A stretch of 64,000 bases of DNA from Trichoplax adhaerens (Eukaryota; Animalia; Placozoa). Below are positions 14,422 through 28,300 of this stretch, one piece after another (position 1 is the stretch's first letter; each line of letters starts with the position of its first letter). Made by a program: the position numbers and the translations under genes. The DNA is taken from NCBI RefSeq assembly GCF_000150275.1, contig NW_002060949.1:989836-1053835 (forward strand), in the 5' to 3' direction. The notes below the pieces were generated by a model that was given only the letters and a program-made list of their open reading frames with translations, was not told the origin of the DNA and searched no databases.

Positions 14422-14690
14422 ATACTGTGCAGACTGAAATATACTACAGCCACTGTACAGTACACTGTACAGTATGGTACTGCGTAAGTACATACAGTAG
14501 AAAGCTACGGTAGCTGCAGCCTGCAGCCAAGAAAATGTGGCTGTCTTAAGCTGTACAGTACCGTACAGTGTACAGTACTTACAGCACAGTACATGTTTTG
14601 TGACCACAGTGTATCGTACTGTACGGTATCGTACCATACAGTACAGTACGGTGACACTTGAGTGTACAGTACAGTGTACTGCACAGTACT
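14422..14690. repeat. TACTG/CAGTA array in the ATPAF1/RNF180 divergent promoter
   Basis: cactgtacagtacactgtacagtatggtactg...gtacagtacagtgtactgcacagtact; the same unit as at 8.4-8.7 kb. Confidence 0.88.
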
Positions 14691-15258
14691 CTGATTAACT
14701 TGTCCAGCCCGAACTTGATGATTTGGGAGATTGATGACTAATATGGTTATGCTAAGTCAATCCTTCTCTAAATTGATCTCCAGTTTTGGCCACTAATTTA
14801 GCCTCTACTTTTTGTACAAGAAACATACCGTCCTTGGATTATTAAATCATTAAACAGCGCATCGGATGGATTAAAGGCAGTCACAAATCGTCATGCAATC
14901 CTGCATTAATCATAAAGTTTGTACTTTTCCTTGGTTTGCACTGGCCGCTTGTCCATTCAGAAGCTTTTAATAAATCGAGCGATTGATACATTCTGAATTT
15001 GTCAAACTTTACTGTTAACAAGGTAGCGATAAGCAAAAGTTGCCATTCACGTTACCAAATTATGCATGGCACGTTGTAATACATCAATATTTATAATCTA
15101 CGGGAAAATAAAAGTGATTTAATAATGAATATGTGCAAGTTATACGAGCCCAGAAATTACAGTATATGGTAGCAGTTTATTACAACTGATTGATTGAAGC
15201 GATGTTCGAGCAGAAAATCATCAACGTTTAAAACATACTAACTCTACAACAGGCTAAG

Positions 15259-16383
15259 ATGACTCCTGACTTATCTATATATAGATGTCGGTTATGTCGA
15301 TATGTTTTATGGGATGCTACGTCAACATGTGAGAATGAGAGATTAACAGATACGAATTTAGTGTATCTTCCTATTGGTGAACATCATATTCCTAGTTGGA
15401 TTAACAAGGCTATTGAAAATGCTAGTTGGACGAAAGGAAAGCTAAATTGTCCAAAATGTAATGGTCGTGTTGGTGCTTTCGATTTTATTTCATCAGTTAA
15501 CGATCGTGGCCATTACCACAACAATCAAGAATGGATTGATAAGAGGAGCGTTTGGATGTATCGAAATCGTGTAGACAAGTTTGCAATTGGTGAAAGTAGT
15601 CATTTGCCTGATGCTATTACCGCAAATTCTTCCCGTATTCCTGCTAGCAGTAAATTAAAATTGTTCAAGACTCCTCTTCAAACACAGCGTAACCGTGATA
15701 CTGATGAAACCCATCATGACAGTGACGGTCTGTTGAGATTAGACTCATTCACTGATAATGGAAAGTCGATCGTTAAGCAACCAACTGAAATAGCAACAGC
15801 AAACACTGAGGAAGGTGTCCGTAAAGTTCGGAAGGGTAAAAAGAGGCAATGGGATCATCATAAACAAAATGTAAGACATCTTGATATGAAGAAAACATCG
15901 AACGAATTTAGCAAATGTTCAAATTCAGAGGTTATTATAAAAACAGCGGAGGTAGTGGATGAGATTGCAAGTACTGGCCAGAATATCCCGGAAAACATGA
16001 TATGCCCTGTTTGCCTCGACATTTACTACAGACCCTATCGCTGCAACTGTGGACACATTTTTTGCGACTTTTGTATTAGACTGTTAGCTAAAAACAAGTT
16101 AGATAATTCCGATCCGAATGTATTATGTCCACTGTGTAGGCAAAGCATTAAATATATTGATGACTGTAAAGAATTAAAGGAGAAAATTAAACAACAATTT
16201 GAAAAAAGTTACATCCGACGTCGGATAGAAATTAGACGAGCTTTGAAGAGTACAAAACTGGTCATGCCTTTCAACAAAGGCAAGCTAGGTAAATTAACTT
16301 CCTTTTGCTCTAATTATAGCACAGAAATTCAGTTCTTAGTAATGCTCATCACTATCTATATGTTGTCCTTTTTTATGACTTGA
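15259..16383 (+). CDS. RNF180: RNF180 (Rines)-like membrane-anchored RING E3 ubiquitin ligase; CDS in a single exon
   Basis: 374-aa ORF: N-terminal YRCRLCR...PSWI...WTKGKLNCPKCNGRVGAFDF zinc region, basic stretch, C3HC4 RING (CPVC...CNCGHIFCDFC...CPLC) and a C-terminal hydrophobic anchor. Probable 5'UTR intron at 15023-15252. Confidence 0.88.
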   Translation: MTPDLSIYRCRLCRYVLWDATSTCENERLTDTNLVYLPIGEHHIPSWINKAIENASWTKGKLNCPKCNGRVGAFDFISSVNDRGHYHNNQEWIDKRSVWMYRNRVDKFAIGESSHLPDAITANSSRIPASSKLKLFKTPLQTQRNRDTDETHHDSDGLLRLDSFTDNGKSIVKQPTEIATANTEEGVRKVRKGKKRQWDHHKQNVRHLDMKKTSNEFSKCSNSEVIIKTAEVVDEIASTGQNIPENMICPVCLDIYYRPYRCNCGHIFCDFCIRLLAKNKLDNSDPNVLCPLCRQSIKYIDDCKELKEKIKQQFEKSYIRRRIEIRRALKSTKLVMPFNKGKLGKLTSFCSNYSTEIQFLVMLITIYMLSFFMT

Positions 16384-19300
16384 AACTAGTATTATCTTTG
16401 AATGATCATGATAGTATTTTATCTGTCAACGAATGTGCAACTGAATGAAGTAAAAATATTATACAGTTAGCTTGAAAAGTGTTGATAGCCGAGATGATAA
16501 TGTGATCTTTTAAGTTGATAGCAGTCTCGTAGTAGAGTTGCTGATCATAAACTTCAGTTATTATAAGTCCCGATAAACAAATCAAAGTATTGAAAATGTA
16601 TAACCATTTTTTACTGATAATTTTAAGCATATCACGATTTAGTCTTTACAGTCATGTTACGTTCTATCAAAGATTTTATAGTATTGCAACAATATTCATT
16701 TACGCATATATGCGTAATGACTCATGTGTAAGAGTAATTCCGTTCTATCTACAATCAGCTTTAATATGATTTATCTATATCTGTATATGCGCAGATTCGT
16801 GTATTACCTTACCCAACTTATTTCTATATTAAAAAATAATGTATTCATTGATCCTAAGAAAATGATAGCTTAGGATTCCATTAATGTATAAAAATAATAT
16901 CTAGTCTGTATTATCAGATTTGATGTACCTAGAATCATTCTTAATTCGTATTTTAACTATTTTGCTATCTCTCATCCTAAGTTCTCTTTATAACGTTATA
17001 TTCTGTAAGAGTTTATTAGCTTATGTATATATTACCCGAGTACTTGTATTACGAGAATACGCTAAAATTTTATGTAATGAAATATGCTAAAGGGATAAAA
17101 TTATTATGATAGGATTTGCTACCTATTAGATTGCTGTATGAATTTAAATACTGTAAATGGTGATTATCATCCATATGGAGAATTTGCATAAATGATCATC
17201 AACACTGCATCTTCTATTGGGCAATCTCACTATAATATACTGAAACTACTTTGTAAGAGTATCCATGCCTTTAATATTAGATAACTGCAAGAACTTGATT
17301 TAAAGTTCCTTAGACTCCTGCCTAGCTAACATTGCTGTCATAATGTTTATTTCCTTCTTCTACTTCGTACATATATACCTTTGGATGAGTATTTCAACTA
17401 TTAAAAATAAAAGTAATGTAACTACACCAGAATAAGTATTAAATCACAAAGTAATGATTTTAATTATACAACAGTATATGCAATTAATGATGGCAATAAG
17501 TTAAGTATGTTTTACAACCGATTGATATTGATTGAATAAATCTAAAATTTATAAAAAATTTCTTACACGCAATGTGTTCTTTATCATATTCAATGAATCT
17601 ATGATTCCTAATTTTTGCTCAAATATCCTTTTCGAAATAATCACTGGTTGAAAATTGGATATTTCTCGTATATGCGTTTTTATCTCATAAATGAATAGAT
17701 AGTCGTTTTATTCTTTCTGTTACGTTAAAATTTTAACTTACGGAAACGATCTTACGAACCATGGTTATTACAGTAGTACATCCTCGATGTCAACGTTGCA
17801 TAATATTACTTGATCTTACTATAATATAAGGATAAAAATAACCCTTAACACTTATACAGTGTAATGATATAGTTTAACTCTCATTACAATATTGATCCGT
17901 ATGAAACAGTTTATAAAAACGTATAAATTACATCAGGTACATCATTTAAAACATTAAAGACCTCTTGTCTCATATAGGTTGATGTAAACGTTCTTTTTTC
18001 GTACAATTGTACTATTATATTTAATCCTGGATGTTAACGATCCCTATGCAGTATCTATGAAACTGTATATCAGTTGTATTTCATAATAGCTGTAAGCCTG
18101 CAACTATAAACGATTCCTCATAAAGTTTGATACATTATACGGTTTAATTTGTTCCAGATAGCAACTGAATTTCTAACTCCAGTAAATCATCGTTGGTCAG
18201 TTAACTTAAATTCATATTTTCCCTTGAGGTTTTCTAATTTGTCTCACCTGCAAACAAGATCGCATAAAAAGTATCGGATCAAAAATACTGCTTAGCTAGG
18301 TCTTCTATATTAACTGGGTTAACTTAACTGCTCACATTTATCATAAAATCATGCACATTTTATACAATTATCTGCTTGTATGATAACTCAACGCTTGTAC
18401 ATCAGGCTACATTCAGTATGATGCACAGTAAACTAACATTTATTACAAGCTACAGTAAAAGTAAATAATAATCGCTGTTGATTAAGATTACTTTACGATG
18501 TTGTTCGTTTATTTTTTCTACAATCTGTACTTGGACCTAGTTTGTGATATACAGTCATAGCAGTGTAAGCATGAACCTAACTCCCTAGTGCGAGTATAAC
18601 AATAACGATTGGCTGGGTACACGAGAGTTTACTAGTTCATTTATAATTCATAAGGTCTTTATAGCTATAATTTACTTAGTGTTCTACAATTTTAGCAAAT
18701 TAATATAGATAGTAATGGTAGATAGCATTCATAAGACGGCTTTCGTTTTCAATCAATACGATAAGTAGGAGCAGCAGTTATATTTTACACTGTCCTATAT
18801 TTTTTAGATTAATTTTGACTACGTGTGTAATTTCCTGCTTTCTATTCTAGATAAAAGTTGTAAAATTCTTTAATACAGTTGTTACTATTAACTCAAGATA
18901 GTGATATTCTACAGCTAGTATGCAGTTACGAATTAATTGACGGCATCCATAGATCATCTGCTGCAAGTACAAGAGCAAAATTAAGCTAGGTTTTATCACA
19001 GCTCGGGCGCCATCTCTGTATTATGTTTGATATACGATATTTATCGTAATAGCAGTCATAATGGAAAGGCAAACCCATTTACTAATAAATTTGTATCCCT
19101 TCACTAATTTTATAGAATCTGTTGATGGTTGATTGTTTTCACTAACAACTATTCTCCACGTCAAAGTTAATCATCAAATGCAACAAATAAATTTATACAA
19201 AAGGTCCCTGAAGTTTCATAATCGAGACTTTAATCTTGTATATATACACCAGCAATTTTTTAAAATTATAAACGAAATATGACGTATGATATATTTCAGA

Positions 19301-22300
19301 TAATTACACTGCAGATAACTATAATTTTATATTACCTCTCTGTAAAAAATAAACAAAAAGATTCCTTTATTATAAACTTCATAACGCTATATCTTCTATA
19401 CTACTGATTTATCAAATAATCTAATTACCGCTACGTGCAATATAGATATAACCAGTGATATACTAGAATCTAAGAAATCGCTAGCATACAGTTAAAAAAT
19501 TACACGAAAATGTGCTTACTATGCTGTACGGTACTGATTTATTATTTGAAGTTGATCATCAGGTTTCTGTCAATGAATTTACTGCATTCTGGTTCTAGTT
19601 ATGATGCAGGTAATATCCTCTATCTTAATGCTTATTCATTAAATACTAACGCCCATTTTTAACCAATATCAAACAGAAATACGAATGCACTTTTCGCTTA
19701 ATAGTTAATAGACTATTTGAGTATTTATCTTATCGCTTATATTTTAAAGTTATACTGATTGTAGTCAAAAATCGTGATGTAATGCCACCGTTGCAAAGCT
19801 TTTGTAATATATTTTTCACTAATAAAAAGACTTACTTTCTCGAAATAAGATAGACTAATAGATAGAAAATAGTATAGCAATCTGATAAAGCACGTATTGA
19901 TTTATCGAGTACTGGCAAGTACACGTAATGATCTATTTGTTAAATTAACTAAATTTCATTGTGCGAAATCAAATAAGTTGCTCTGATGAAAAATAGAAGG
20001 TGCATACATAAGTTCATATATGAGCTATTTCGTCAAAGAGAGAACCTAAATAGCCTATAAATAAGTTGAAGGCTGTGCTTGTAACATCATATATAGGTTA
20101 TCTCTAAATATTCTTGCGAATCACCATTAATTAGTATACTGGTGATACGCTGAGGGTCTCGATACTAGCAGAGCTACGACCAGTTTTTGAGGTAATACTT
20201 AAATTGGCGTAGAAAATTTTTGGTGTGTTACTGCTACAGAATAAAAAATGTTCATCCATTTGTCGTGTTACTATCCAAATTTTACTCAAATTTTATTCAT
20301 GCTATCATGAGAATGAATCTAACAAATTTAAGAAAGTGCATTTCGTAATTAGGCCTTTTACATTCATGCAACTGTATTAGTAGCTTTCAAATTTGTAAAA
20401 TGTTCTACAACAGAGTAAATTTGCAGAGGAAATGATTTACTAGCTCATTGCTAACGAAATGTACCGGATATATTCGCATTGATCACATATTGTTTGTATT
20501 GCGATGCAACGATATTGTGAAAGATTAATACATTTGAAATGTACTCAGTGCTTTTTCGTCATACACGTAGACCACTCGCAGGTAATTGTGCCATCTCAAT
20601 GTTAAAGACAACAATGACTTGGATCTAGAAAAATTAATTCCAGACATAAAAATGTTAGCAATTCCCATAATAGAAGGAGACAGTGATAAATGTCTAGTAA
20701 ATTAGATCAAAACAAAGAAATTAGTCTTGATTACTGTATGTATATCAGTTGGATTGTTTAGAGATTGCTGTCTAGCAGACAGATATCTCGCCTTGATTCT
20801 TACCCCCTCCTGCCTATCATTATTGGCGAAGATTAGATTTAATATGCAGAAATATTTACTAGCAAAGTAAAAACATCTCGCATAAGAGTTTATGGAATAT
20901 TATTATAGTAATGCATTATATCGGAACATTAAATTAGGAATGAATTACCAGGTTTTTCATTATTAAAACATTTTACTTTCCTTAAAATCATTGCATAGAG
21001 TAATAAAAGTTACAGTAGTATACAAAATGAGGCATTTCATTCATAGTAAAAGATGCTAAGTTTTAAAATCTATCGCTCATTATTTATACTATTGAAAATA
21101 ACTTTAAAATTATATGATTGATTTAAATCTGAATGCATGTGTAAAAGACAACTACAGTAACTACGGACATGTTATACGAAGATACTTTCAGATTGAAACT
21201 TAATCAATACGCATGTAACGCCTAACATTTGATCTTATAGTTATTATGAACAGCTCTTATATTTTCAGAGATAATTTCAAATATATGATCGTTCTAAGAT
21301 AGTAATTTCTTGACTATCCCAGACAAGTCAATTTACTGTCTTTGTGATCATGTAACCATTAATAGATGCTTCGGATATTGATATGAAACATCATTAAAAT
21401 TAATGATGGCTGTATTTTAGTTAGTTAATAACTTGGATTTTATTCACCTTTAGCTTAAAACGTCGATATAGCTTTAGTCTTGGTATTAAAATTGGGTAAC
21501 TGCAATGGTGAATTTTTTTAATTTATAGGTTTTTCTATAATTGGTTGTTACTATATCCCTATTACCGGTTAGATGACCCAGTAACTCGTAATTACGATGT
21601 GACTCAAAACTGATTAAAATCACTATTATTCTTAGAATGTGAAATTGGAATAGTACTGTAATAGGCGAAGCAAAGTCCGCTATCGCTAAGATCTAGAGGA
21701 TTACTAAATTAAAACTATGGCTGTTGAATTATTCAAATATCCCGCTGTTGAGGTCATTATTGTACAATGCTTCAATCGATAATAGTTTTGGATAGTTACA
21801 ATGCATCAATTAGTATAATTGTATCCCTTAATTCTTACATGGACTATTTTAAAACTATGATCATTGTGTTGCTGCAGTTAGTGATAAAAATTTAAAACCA
21901 GCATTTCTTCATCAGACACATTCTAAGATAATTCGATGTTTTGTGTTCGTGTGTTATTAACATCAATTAAAAATTTTAAAATCCGATTGAATTTGTAATA
22001 CACAATAATTAAAATGTTAAGTATGACTCATCGTGGTTAAAAACTAATTAAATTCTTTCTATTATGAAATCCTGCACGAGACAGAACAAGTCTCTCACTT
22101 CATCAAATAACAGGATTATAAATTCCTATGACTAATTCAGTTTTATTATTAATTGACGGAAACCTCGTATTTAATTAGTCTTAAAATACGCTGTTAAAGT
22201 ATTAAGTGACTCAGCATATCGCTTAAATCCAGTTAATTACTGCAACTACTCATTCAAGACAAGAATGTTGCCTGACCGTAGTTAATTCATTTCATGAGAT

Positions 22301-25300
22301 TACAATGTCCTTTAAGTGCATATCTCGACTTAAAATCACATAGATACTTAAGGACAAGTGAAGTAGGCGGTAGCATTGTTCATATTTACGATTTATTTTG
22401 CGAAATTGTACCTTATTTATTGGGAAATCTCTATTCTAGTTTACGTGATAGAATGTAGAGCAAGAACGACGTTGAAAAAGAAAATTCTGACTAAACTAGT
22501 AGGAGTATGAACACTTAATATTGTTATGTCCTTGGGCTATGTCAAAGACTATTCGATTTTTTTCTAGTAGTCCATGGCTTTGCCATAGTCTTAGTATACA
22601 AATATCGAGTAGAGTGACATCTCAACTGTCAGTGATAGCATTGGCTATTATGAACTATATAGATATAGTATCTGGTAGTCCATGGTTATAGATACGAACA
22701 CTTGTGTATATGTAGAACTTCCCAGAATTTTCTTTCCTTGTATATGTGGTGATAAATATCAATAAGTTCTAAAACATTACATAAAAGACTATATATGAGT
22801 ATACTGTATATGTATATTGCTGAGGTACTATTCTTTTAATTCATACTTATGGGTCGTATGTTATGACTATCAGTATTGGTATAAGCCTTAGTAAAGTATT
22901 ACGATTTGCTAATCCGCTCTCCTTCTCTTCTGCTGCATTTACTGTTCACTGACAGAAATATTATAGTTCATGGCAGCTAAATGATGCAAATAGTTTTATG
23001 AGATAATATTCAAATTATTCAGTTACAATAAGAAGCACATGTTTTGTAGCCCTCATAAATCATATTTTGATGACTTACGAAAATTCGTAAGTGGCTTACA
23101 TACTGCAATTTTTACTTTGATAATCACTTAACATCTTTATTCCTATTTTTAGGTAACAGTTTTTTGATCCATTAAGAACAATTTTACTATATATTTCTTC
23201 AATTTGAAACATGCATATATTATGTTAATCGAAAATATAGCACATTAAAGCCAATAAAATCATGATCTAATCAAGGATGATAGTATCTAACTATTCTGTT
23301 CATTAAAATTATCTTTCAATTATGTATCATTTCAAGGTATCTAAACGAGACCCTTAGTATTACCGTTACTAAATCAATTGGATCAAATAAGGTACTGTCA
23401 TCCATATCACTGTTTCAATATCAATTATAGCGAAAACTCTTCAGAGAAAATTGCTTTTCTAAATATTACCATGACGAATCTCCTATTTTTTCTAGTACAT
23501 CATTAACATTAACCTAGCCACTGTTATTCAGCTCCAACCATTCACCTTACTAGTATGATTTTTCTGTATACAGAACTACTGATTTGAGCTGATGTTTGCT
23601 CAAAGACATAAATGCCGAATACCATTCCCAATCATAACTCGCAAATGCAGTACAGCTAAGAAATTTATTGCCTCTATAGATAAAACAAAATTTTACACTA
23701 TATTTAGCGTAGCTTTTCAATAGTTAGAACTCGAAGAATTTATTTTCCATCGTAAATGATTATTTGATGCTTCTAGTTCTGTAACTATCATAAGTATCTT
23801 TGACCTTTAATAGATCTTGTCATGGAGCCCAATATTGTTTCCATTAGGGCCGAATTGGCCTGTGTTTCTAGTAATTCTAAATCATATCAAAATTTGCGTA
23901 ATATACTTAATGTTGAAATAAAATTGGTTTGAATTATGTAGAGTGGATTATATCTTGTTAGACTTAGCTAGATCAATTACATATTTCTATATTACGCGTC
24001 GCTAAAATCTAATAAGCTGGAAAAAATATAGCAGATTCTAAACTACATTTGCATAATGCTATTGTTGGGATAAGACGGACACTATCATCTAGATGGAAAT
24101 TACCGTCGGTTGATTTCTTAATTAATGAAATGTATGGGACAATTAATATTGATAGACGGTCGGATAAAAGAACTGAGAAGAAAGGATGGAACTGTTGTTA
24201 TACCAATTAATTGCATTATTAGCTTCTATGATGATCTCATTAGTGTTGAATATATAGTAATGGGAGGGAAAGGTTATCCACAAACTTGACAATACAGCAC
24301 TTGATTTCTTTATTTTTGTTATAAGTGCTAAAAAAATGTGTAAATGAGTTCGCTATAATGAGGTTCATCCATTGTTTACTAATGACTCTGCTTGGGTAAT
24401 GTAAATCCGGAAATGAAAATATCACCTGATGCAGCTTGCCAATCTGATTCTTGCATGATCTCATAAATTAAATTGTTAATCTCTATAGGAAATCATTACT
24501 CTATTAATGTGATTCAATACTTAGCCATACGTAAAGAGAGTAACTCCGTTTTAAAGTTTCCAGTAATTCAAGATCCAGCTAAATACTCTTCTGCAATCCC
24601 TTCTAATTAATTTTAGAGTTCTGATAGTAAAACATTTTACGACATAACTAATGCCGCGTCAGGGGGAAATTAGATAATATAGGCTTTACTGTATGCTTAG
24701 GATATCATCTAGAGTAGTTATTATTACCATGCAAGTATGTCCCATAACGAGGGCATATCACCGACAAATAAGTAAGCGTATTTTCAAAGATGATATTAGG
24801 ATATATTCGCAGATACGTATTAAGTCAAGATTGAGTCATTGACACTAGTTCATATTTATCATTATCTTTACATTTACACTTTAACACTGTGTAAAATTAG
24901 CGTTCCTTTGAATGTATCTCGATAGTGTTCTCGGTACCTTTAATCTAAACCTACAATCTTTAAACAAGATTGTTGTCACGTTATGATGAAAATCATCTTT
25001 GTTAGATTGCTACCGTACCGTACAATTACAAATCAGCTTTTCTTAATCTTCGAGTATCAAATCGTAGCAAAAAATACATATTACCTCATGAATTGAACGT
25101 CAGCATAAGTTTTGTGATAGATAAGTTGCCTGCACTTCTTGATCTGTCATGTAGGAATTACGTGCCTAAAATTATAGCCTTAGGTATCCAGTAAAATCAA
25201 CGTTATAGTTAGTCGCAATTTTCACATAATACAAGCTCAAATTTCATGAATTTTGTTTGTAGTGATAGGCGAGTGTCCGAAATTTTTCTGAAAATTACAT

Positions 25301-28300
25301 GGAATGTAAAGAAAAATGAAGTAAATTAGTTTTATTTGCCAAATGATATACAGTACAGTGTGGCATCTGTATTTGTGCAATCAAAAGTAGATTAATAAAG
25401 ACTTTCATTAGAAATGCACTATTTTCCGTATTTCGCTAACTGTAGCTGAAACGCAATAAATTTCTTAATTAAAGCATAGAATTTAAAGAACCCATTTTTC
25501 AAAAGGGATATACATTCCTTTTCACTTCTATGTACTATACATAATAGTAAAATTTTAAAGTTAATTACCATTTTTTATCATCAATGAAAGAAAAGTCAAA
25601 AACATATTCAAACACTTAGCCACGTAGCAAGTAATCAAAACTTTTACCACAGAAGCCGTATCCTAATTACTAATCGGCAATACTGTGTCCTAGAGTCTGG
25701 CAGCAATCATTTCTCATCAAACGAATATAAGATAATTAGCACTTTGCCATTGTATTGCATGTTATATTAGCGTAAGTTATAGTATCAAATAAAATAAATA
25801 AAATCAGGTGAAAGCAATTCTATACTCGTATACCTACCGGCGAGGAATGATTCATTTTGTATCTACTAACATCATTAGCATTGGTTGATTGATTAATTAA
25901 ACAACATTAGAGCTTACCTAACCTCTTCCAATGTGGTCGATATCATTACTGAATCACGATTTTTCTTTTATAATCTCATAGAGCGTGACAGTAGGTTCTA
26001 CCTAATAAAATCAATAGCAAAGATGTTGATGAATAGTTCTGCAAAAATTAATAGTGCTATTGATCTTATGTATACAATGTCTGCAGTAATGGAATAGCAA
26101 GCACATTCTGAATATAGTTGTCATGAAGGCATGATCAATGCTGCTACTATTAATCGTTAAATAATTATGCAATGTTTTCTAGAGCTCACGTTGGAAACGC
26201 CATAGGCTATCAATCATCCGTATGATGGCATCCTTCTGTTGCTTGAGTTCAGAGATGTCAACTATAGCTAAATTCGTTAGAGACGACGCAAGAAGTTACT
26301 GTAGAGTAAACTTAGTGCTTAGTCTCTAAAAATTAAAAATTAATCGTGTTCCATAAAATTACACTGATAGCAGCAAAGAAAAGATTATATAAAATATATA
26401 TAATATATGGTCATGCAGAGAAAATCTTTTGTCATACAGTAAATCAAATTATACCTCATACTCTCAATAATCTAACTGTATTTCGATAGAATATTGGCAT
26501 ACTGCTAGCATAAAGCTTTATGGCAGGACGATAATAATGTAAACCTTGTTAGTTTTAGTGCTAAGGATAATTTGAAAGACCTTAAGTGATCAGCATCTTC
26601 TGAGCCTTTTTCAAACCCAATACATATAAACATCTTTGAAATTGTGTTAAAGAGTCCGATCAAAAGGTCAAATATTATTATCACTATTACACTTCTAGCG
26701 GACATTAGTCTCGTTGCTTGTTCCTCAATATATGTGTGATCAGATATAGTAGTTTCTAAATAGACGCCCTTGAGGAATTATTACAGTAGATAAAATTCTA
26801 TAATTCTATCATGACATAATCATTAGCAATAAAATTTGGGTTGCAAATAGTAACATCTAAGTCGTCATCAGTAATGAATTTTAAAAGTAGTGAACAATAT
26901 TATTTTGCATTTACTGCTACCATAGTGTAAAATTGACAACAATTTTGTGATCCTAACTGTAAATATCTTTGACCAAAAGAAATCTTGATTCACTTCCGTA
27001 ATATTTGTTAAATTTTTTCGCGAATTTCCCATTCGATAACAGAGATTAACAGAAATAATTAATTGCTTTATTATATTCGCAATAGTAATTATCAAATTCA
27101 ACGTTAAACTTAAAAACTACTAGTACTAAAATTAAATGATCGTGTTGAGGTTTGGTTAATTTCAGAAATATTGCAGTATTAAATGGAACTTTTAGCATAA
27201 TTTATGAAGAAATAAAGTTTGGTATTAGCTGCAATAATTTATATAATGTTGACAATACTAATACTGTCCTCAAAATCCGTGATTTGAATTACCCTAATTG
27301 CGACCATTACCGACATTTCACAAGGCCACTGTAATTAAAGCAACTGATGTTAGGTTCTTACTAATAAAGCAATACCGTATCCTAAAATGCCTTACAAAAA
27401 TGATAATTTATCTAGATCATCGTTATCTAACAGGTAGACAGTATACTATTTTATACCGTATTATCCTTGATTTTCTACCGGCAGCTTCATGTCGAAATAA
27501 ATTTAGGTATATTGATAGAATTTTCTCGTAGCATTGTGATCTATTAATTAAGATAGAACAGTGACTGAAGTCAGACTGAATCCTTTCCTTCTTATCACAA
27601 TCAGTTTTTATAACACAATTATCTTTAAACTTATTCCATGGCAGTACATTGAGTGTTTAAGCTGTATTATTATTTGAATTCTCAGTTGACTCGTCTTATA
27701 AAAGTCGTGAATTCTGTCTCTATTTAAAATTAAAATCTCTTGGTAGCTTCAAAAATCTGAGCGACATAGCAATTATGTAAACCATTTTATTGTACTTTGC
27801 GGTCTATGATATTTTTTGATGGCATGAGGGTAGTTGATTGCTGCTGTTGCTAGAATATTGTTTATCTATAGCATTTAATCGATATATTTTCCAATGGATA
27901 TTGAATTTAATATTACTCCATGCTGATTTTACAACATAAGTCCAATTGTATCAAATTCTCGCCAAGGACGCATAAATCGAATCAATAATTCTTAAAGTAA
28001 TGAATTTAAAATTTATAGTGTATAATATCAAATGTTACGGTCACTTCTCTAGTCCATACATTTAAATTAACTGAGAATTTCATTTTAAAAAAATTTAATA
28101 GATTTGATTACTTAAAAGCGAAGTGAAAGAAAGCTTTAGGGTATTCAATCACATTGAAAAAATTATAGAGAAAAAAATATTATGTAATTCCTTTTAAAAT
28201 ATGATTTGAAAAGAGATGTGGGATATAATATGGCAGGGTCTATTGCAGCAGAAAGCCCAATAAAGCGTTCGTTTAATAAACAGTTCACCTGCTAATAGCA

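Noticed and set aside
18130-18250. Minus-strand fragment (VRNSVAIWNKL) faintly like a LINE ORF2 C-terminus
   Set aside because: Too short, interrupted by stops, and no reverse-transcriptase motifs nearby.
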